Below are positions 61,731 through 64,000 of a stretch of 64,000 bases of DNA, piece by piece. Position numbers and translations under genes: made by a program. Source of the stretch: Scenedesmus sp. PABB004 (Eukaryota). The first letter of the stretch is position 1. Every line of letters begins with the position of its first letter. The notes beneath the pieces are model-generated. The model saw only the letters and a program-made list of their open reading frames with translations, searched no databases and was not told the origin of the DNA. Where the stretch lies: assembly GCA_014905635.1 (NCBI GenBank), contig JABVCE010000026.1:434001-498000 (forward strand), written 5' to 3'.

Positions 61731-62393
61731 TCACCGCCCAGGCCACTCGAGCTGCGCCTGCACCGCCGCGCCCGGCGCGCGCCGGGGGGCGCCGCCGCGC
61801 GCGCCGGCGAGCGCCGGCGCGCCGCCAGCCGCGCTGCCGCCGCGCACCGCCCCGGGGCGCGCGAGCACGCACCCGGCCGCGTCGGCGGCCAGCGGCGGCA
61901 GCTGGGCGCCCTCGGACAGGGCTGACAGCGCGAGCAGGTGCTGCGCGCCCGCGGGCGCCCCGGCGCCGGGGCTGCCCGGCTGCGAGCCGCCCGGCGTCGA
62001 CGCGCGGCTGCCGCACGCGAACGCCCAGCTGCCCGAGCCCTGCGGCGCGAGCCGAAAGTGCGTTGGGCTGGTGCAGGCGCTGCCGGGGGCGGGGCTGGCG
62101 CTGGCGCGCGCGGCTGGCAGCAGGCCGCCGCCGCCGCCGCCGCCGTCTGCGAGCATGAAGCTGAGGCGCGTCCTGGAAACGCCCTGCGCCACCGGCGGCG
62201 AGAGCGCGCCGCCGCGCACGACGAAGCGCGGCGAGCTCGCCGCGCTCGGGCTCGAGCCTGAGCGCCCGGCGGCGGCGCCGGGGCCGGCCGGCGCCGCGCG
62301 CGTCTTGATGCTCGGCAGCTTGCCCTCACGCGGTGCGATGCTCACGCGCACCGTGGGCAGCTCCTCCTCCTCGCCCGCGAGCCTGAACGGCAT
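61731..62393 (-). CDS. Hypothetical single-exon Ser/Pro/Gly-rich protein (220 aa)
   Basis: ATG-initiated ORF with many SP/TP sites, occupying the gap between two recognised genes; no family motif. Confidence 0.45.
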   Translation of the reverse strand: MPFRLAGEEEELPTVRVSIAPREGKLPSIKTRAAPAGPGAAAGRSGSSPSAASSPRFVVRGGALSPPVAQGVSRTRLSFMLADGGGGGGGLLPAARASASPAPGSACTSPTHFRLAPQGSGSWAFACGSRASTPGGSQPGSPGAGAPAGAQHLLALSALSEGAQLPPLAADAAGCVLARPGAVRGGSAAGGAPALAGARGGAPRRAPGAAVQAQLEWPGR

Positions 62394-62897
62394 GCTTGCT
62401 GTGCCGCCAGCTGCTGCCAGCGAGCGGGCCCGTCGCGCTGGCTCGGGGCGCTGGCAGTGCCGTGCGAGCTGCCGCCTCGCGTTTCACAGGCTCAGGGGCC
62501 TCTGGGTGGGCGCGGGGGAGGGAACAGCGGGTCAGGGGCGCGTCGGGGGCGGGAGCGACCGGTGCCAACCGCTCGCCCCTCACCAACGAGCGGTCCAACC
62601 GGCCCGCGCCACTGCTCCAACGCGTTAACGCCGTAAGCGCAAGCTTCACGCAACCCCGGCGAAGCCTGACCGCGCACCGGGGGGACCTGCAGCTGCTGTT
62701 GCCGCCGGGGTGCCTCTCGCCTCCTGCCGCTCCCTGCCGCCCACGAGCCGCCCGGGCTGGCGCAGAAAGTGCAGGCAGGTGCACGAGCGCGCACGATCCA
62801 GGGCTGCTGGTCGAGCCGCCGGGTGCCGCCGCTGTTACGACGCGCCGCGCGGCCCGTGGCGGATGCACGGCGATTCACAGGCCGGGCTGCAATTTGG

Positions 62898-62902
62898 TTA
62901 CA
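62898..62902 (-). terminator. Putative TGTAA polyadenylation signal for the transporter gene
   Basis: TTACA on the + strand about 55 nt beyond the stop at 62957. Confidence 0.5.
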
Positions 62903-62956
62903 GGCTGCCACCATCCCCCTCCCTCCCTCCCTCCCGCCCTCCCTCCCAGGCCGCGA

Positions 62957-64000
62957 TCACCCGCCTCCCTCGCCGCCGCGCACCGCCGCGACGAGCTGCT
63001 GCACCGCCGCCACGATCCCAAACCCGCTCAACCCCACCGCGAGCACCGGCAGCGCGGCGCAGAGCCGCCGCTCCCAGCGCGGCATCGTCTTGAGCAGCGC
63101 CCGCGCGAAGAGGCAGGGCAGGCCGAACATGGACAGCACGTCGCCGAGGGCGGCAATGACCGCCATGACGAGCGAGAAGAAGGGCAGCGCCGTCGCGGCC
63201 GCCGCGGCGACGCCCACGCACGCCGACGTGACCGCGAGCCACACGCCGCGCTTGCGCCAGCTGTTGGTGTGCTCCAGCTGCGCGGCGTGCCTGCGCGCGC
63301 GCGCGCGCGAGGGGTTGGGGCACCGCGGCGGCAGCCTCGGCCGGCTGCCGGCGGCCCGGCGCGGCACACCACAGCACAGCCGCGCCGTGCGCGCGCTCAC
63401 TTGGGCACGGCGACGTGGAGCACGAGCGAGCTCCAGACGTTGACGTTGACCTGATACGCGATGATGCAGTGCAGGAAGATGCCGCCGTTCATAGCAACTG
63501 TCCAGCCGTCCTGGCCGAGCACCGACGAGACCGGCCTGGCGGCGGCGGGCGCGCGCGGCGCGGCGCGCGGGCGTGGGCGCGGCTCGCGGGCGCGGGGGGC
63601 AGCGGCCGAAGCAAGCAGCAGCGCGCGGGCGCGGGTGCGGGGCCGCGCCTGTGCAGGTCGATCGCCGTGCCCAGCGTGGCGTAGCCGCAGACTGCGACCG
63701 CCAGGAACACGGCGGTCATGAAGCCTATAGGGTTTAGGGGCGGCCGCGGCCGGGGCGGGGCCCACGGGGCCGGCGGCGGCTCAGGGTTGAGGGCGAGGGC
63801 GAGGGCGGCGGCGTGGGCGGCCACGGGCGCGGGCGGCGGCGCGGGCGCACCCGTCGTGAGCGACACGGCGGCGGGGAAGCGGGTGCGGTCGCGCGTGGTG
63901 GTGATGTAACGCATCCAGTTGATCTGTGGGCGCGTGCGTGACCGTGGAGGGAAGACGCAGGGGCAGGATCGGCCCGGCGGTCGGCGGACGTCGGCGGCGG
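62957..64000 (-). CDS. 3' part of an amino acid/auxin permease (Aa_trans; ProT/LHT-like) transporter, truncated by the window edge
   Basis: Spliced hydrophobic exons: AVAVCGYATLG, FLHCIIAYQVN, ALPFFSLVMAVIAALG..FGLPCLF. Confidence 0.75.

Noticed and set aside
1..64000. Hundreds of long overlapping six-frame ORFs rich in Arg/Ala/Gly/Pro
   Set aside because: Expected from the scarcity of stop codons at extreme GC; most are antisense, off-frame or read through introns.
1..64000. Prokaryotic operon, defence system or CRISPR array
   Set aside because: The genes are spliceosomal and eukaryotic; no regularly spaced repeat-spacer array or cas-like motifs were seen.
1..64000. Alternative nuclear genetic code or stop-codon readthrough
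   Set aside because: Conserved proteins reconstruct with the standard code once introns are removed; the in-frame stops I checked fall in introns.

Overview
Extremely GC-rich, intron-dense eukaryotic nuclear DNA, most consistent with a chlorophyte green alga. Sphaeropleales-like is an inference from the GC content, short CG-rich introns, TGTAA poly(A) signals and TTTAGGG-type motifs. About 18 protein-coding genes can be reconstructed by joining exons across frames: a partial unknown gene, TFIIH p34/Tfb4, an SPX-VTC-DUF202 protein, an ABCG half-transporter, a TKL-type kinase, PCID2/Thp1, a secreted S8 subtilase, serine/alanine:glyoxylate aminotransferase, dynamin-related DRP3, a bZIP-like factor, a secreted LTD-CotH-LTD kinase, a class I glutamine amidotransferase, a PP2A B55 subunit, a membrane protein, a SHIPPO/ODF3-repeat protein, GCP6, a small unknown ORF and a partial amino-acid transporter. 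Most six-frame ORFs are GC artefacts. The most notable observations are: a GATase with an in-exon C-terminal BLOC-1 subunit 2-like domain; a B55 subunit apparently fused to a long SPL-like/ankyrin-like N-terminus; two intron-containing secreted enzymes with bacterial-style architectures; a VTC paralogue with altered catalytic motifs; many GC-AG introns; and recent intragenic duplications. All family assignments are by-eye motif recognition, not database searches. No RNA genes, CRISPR arrays or transposases were seen.
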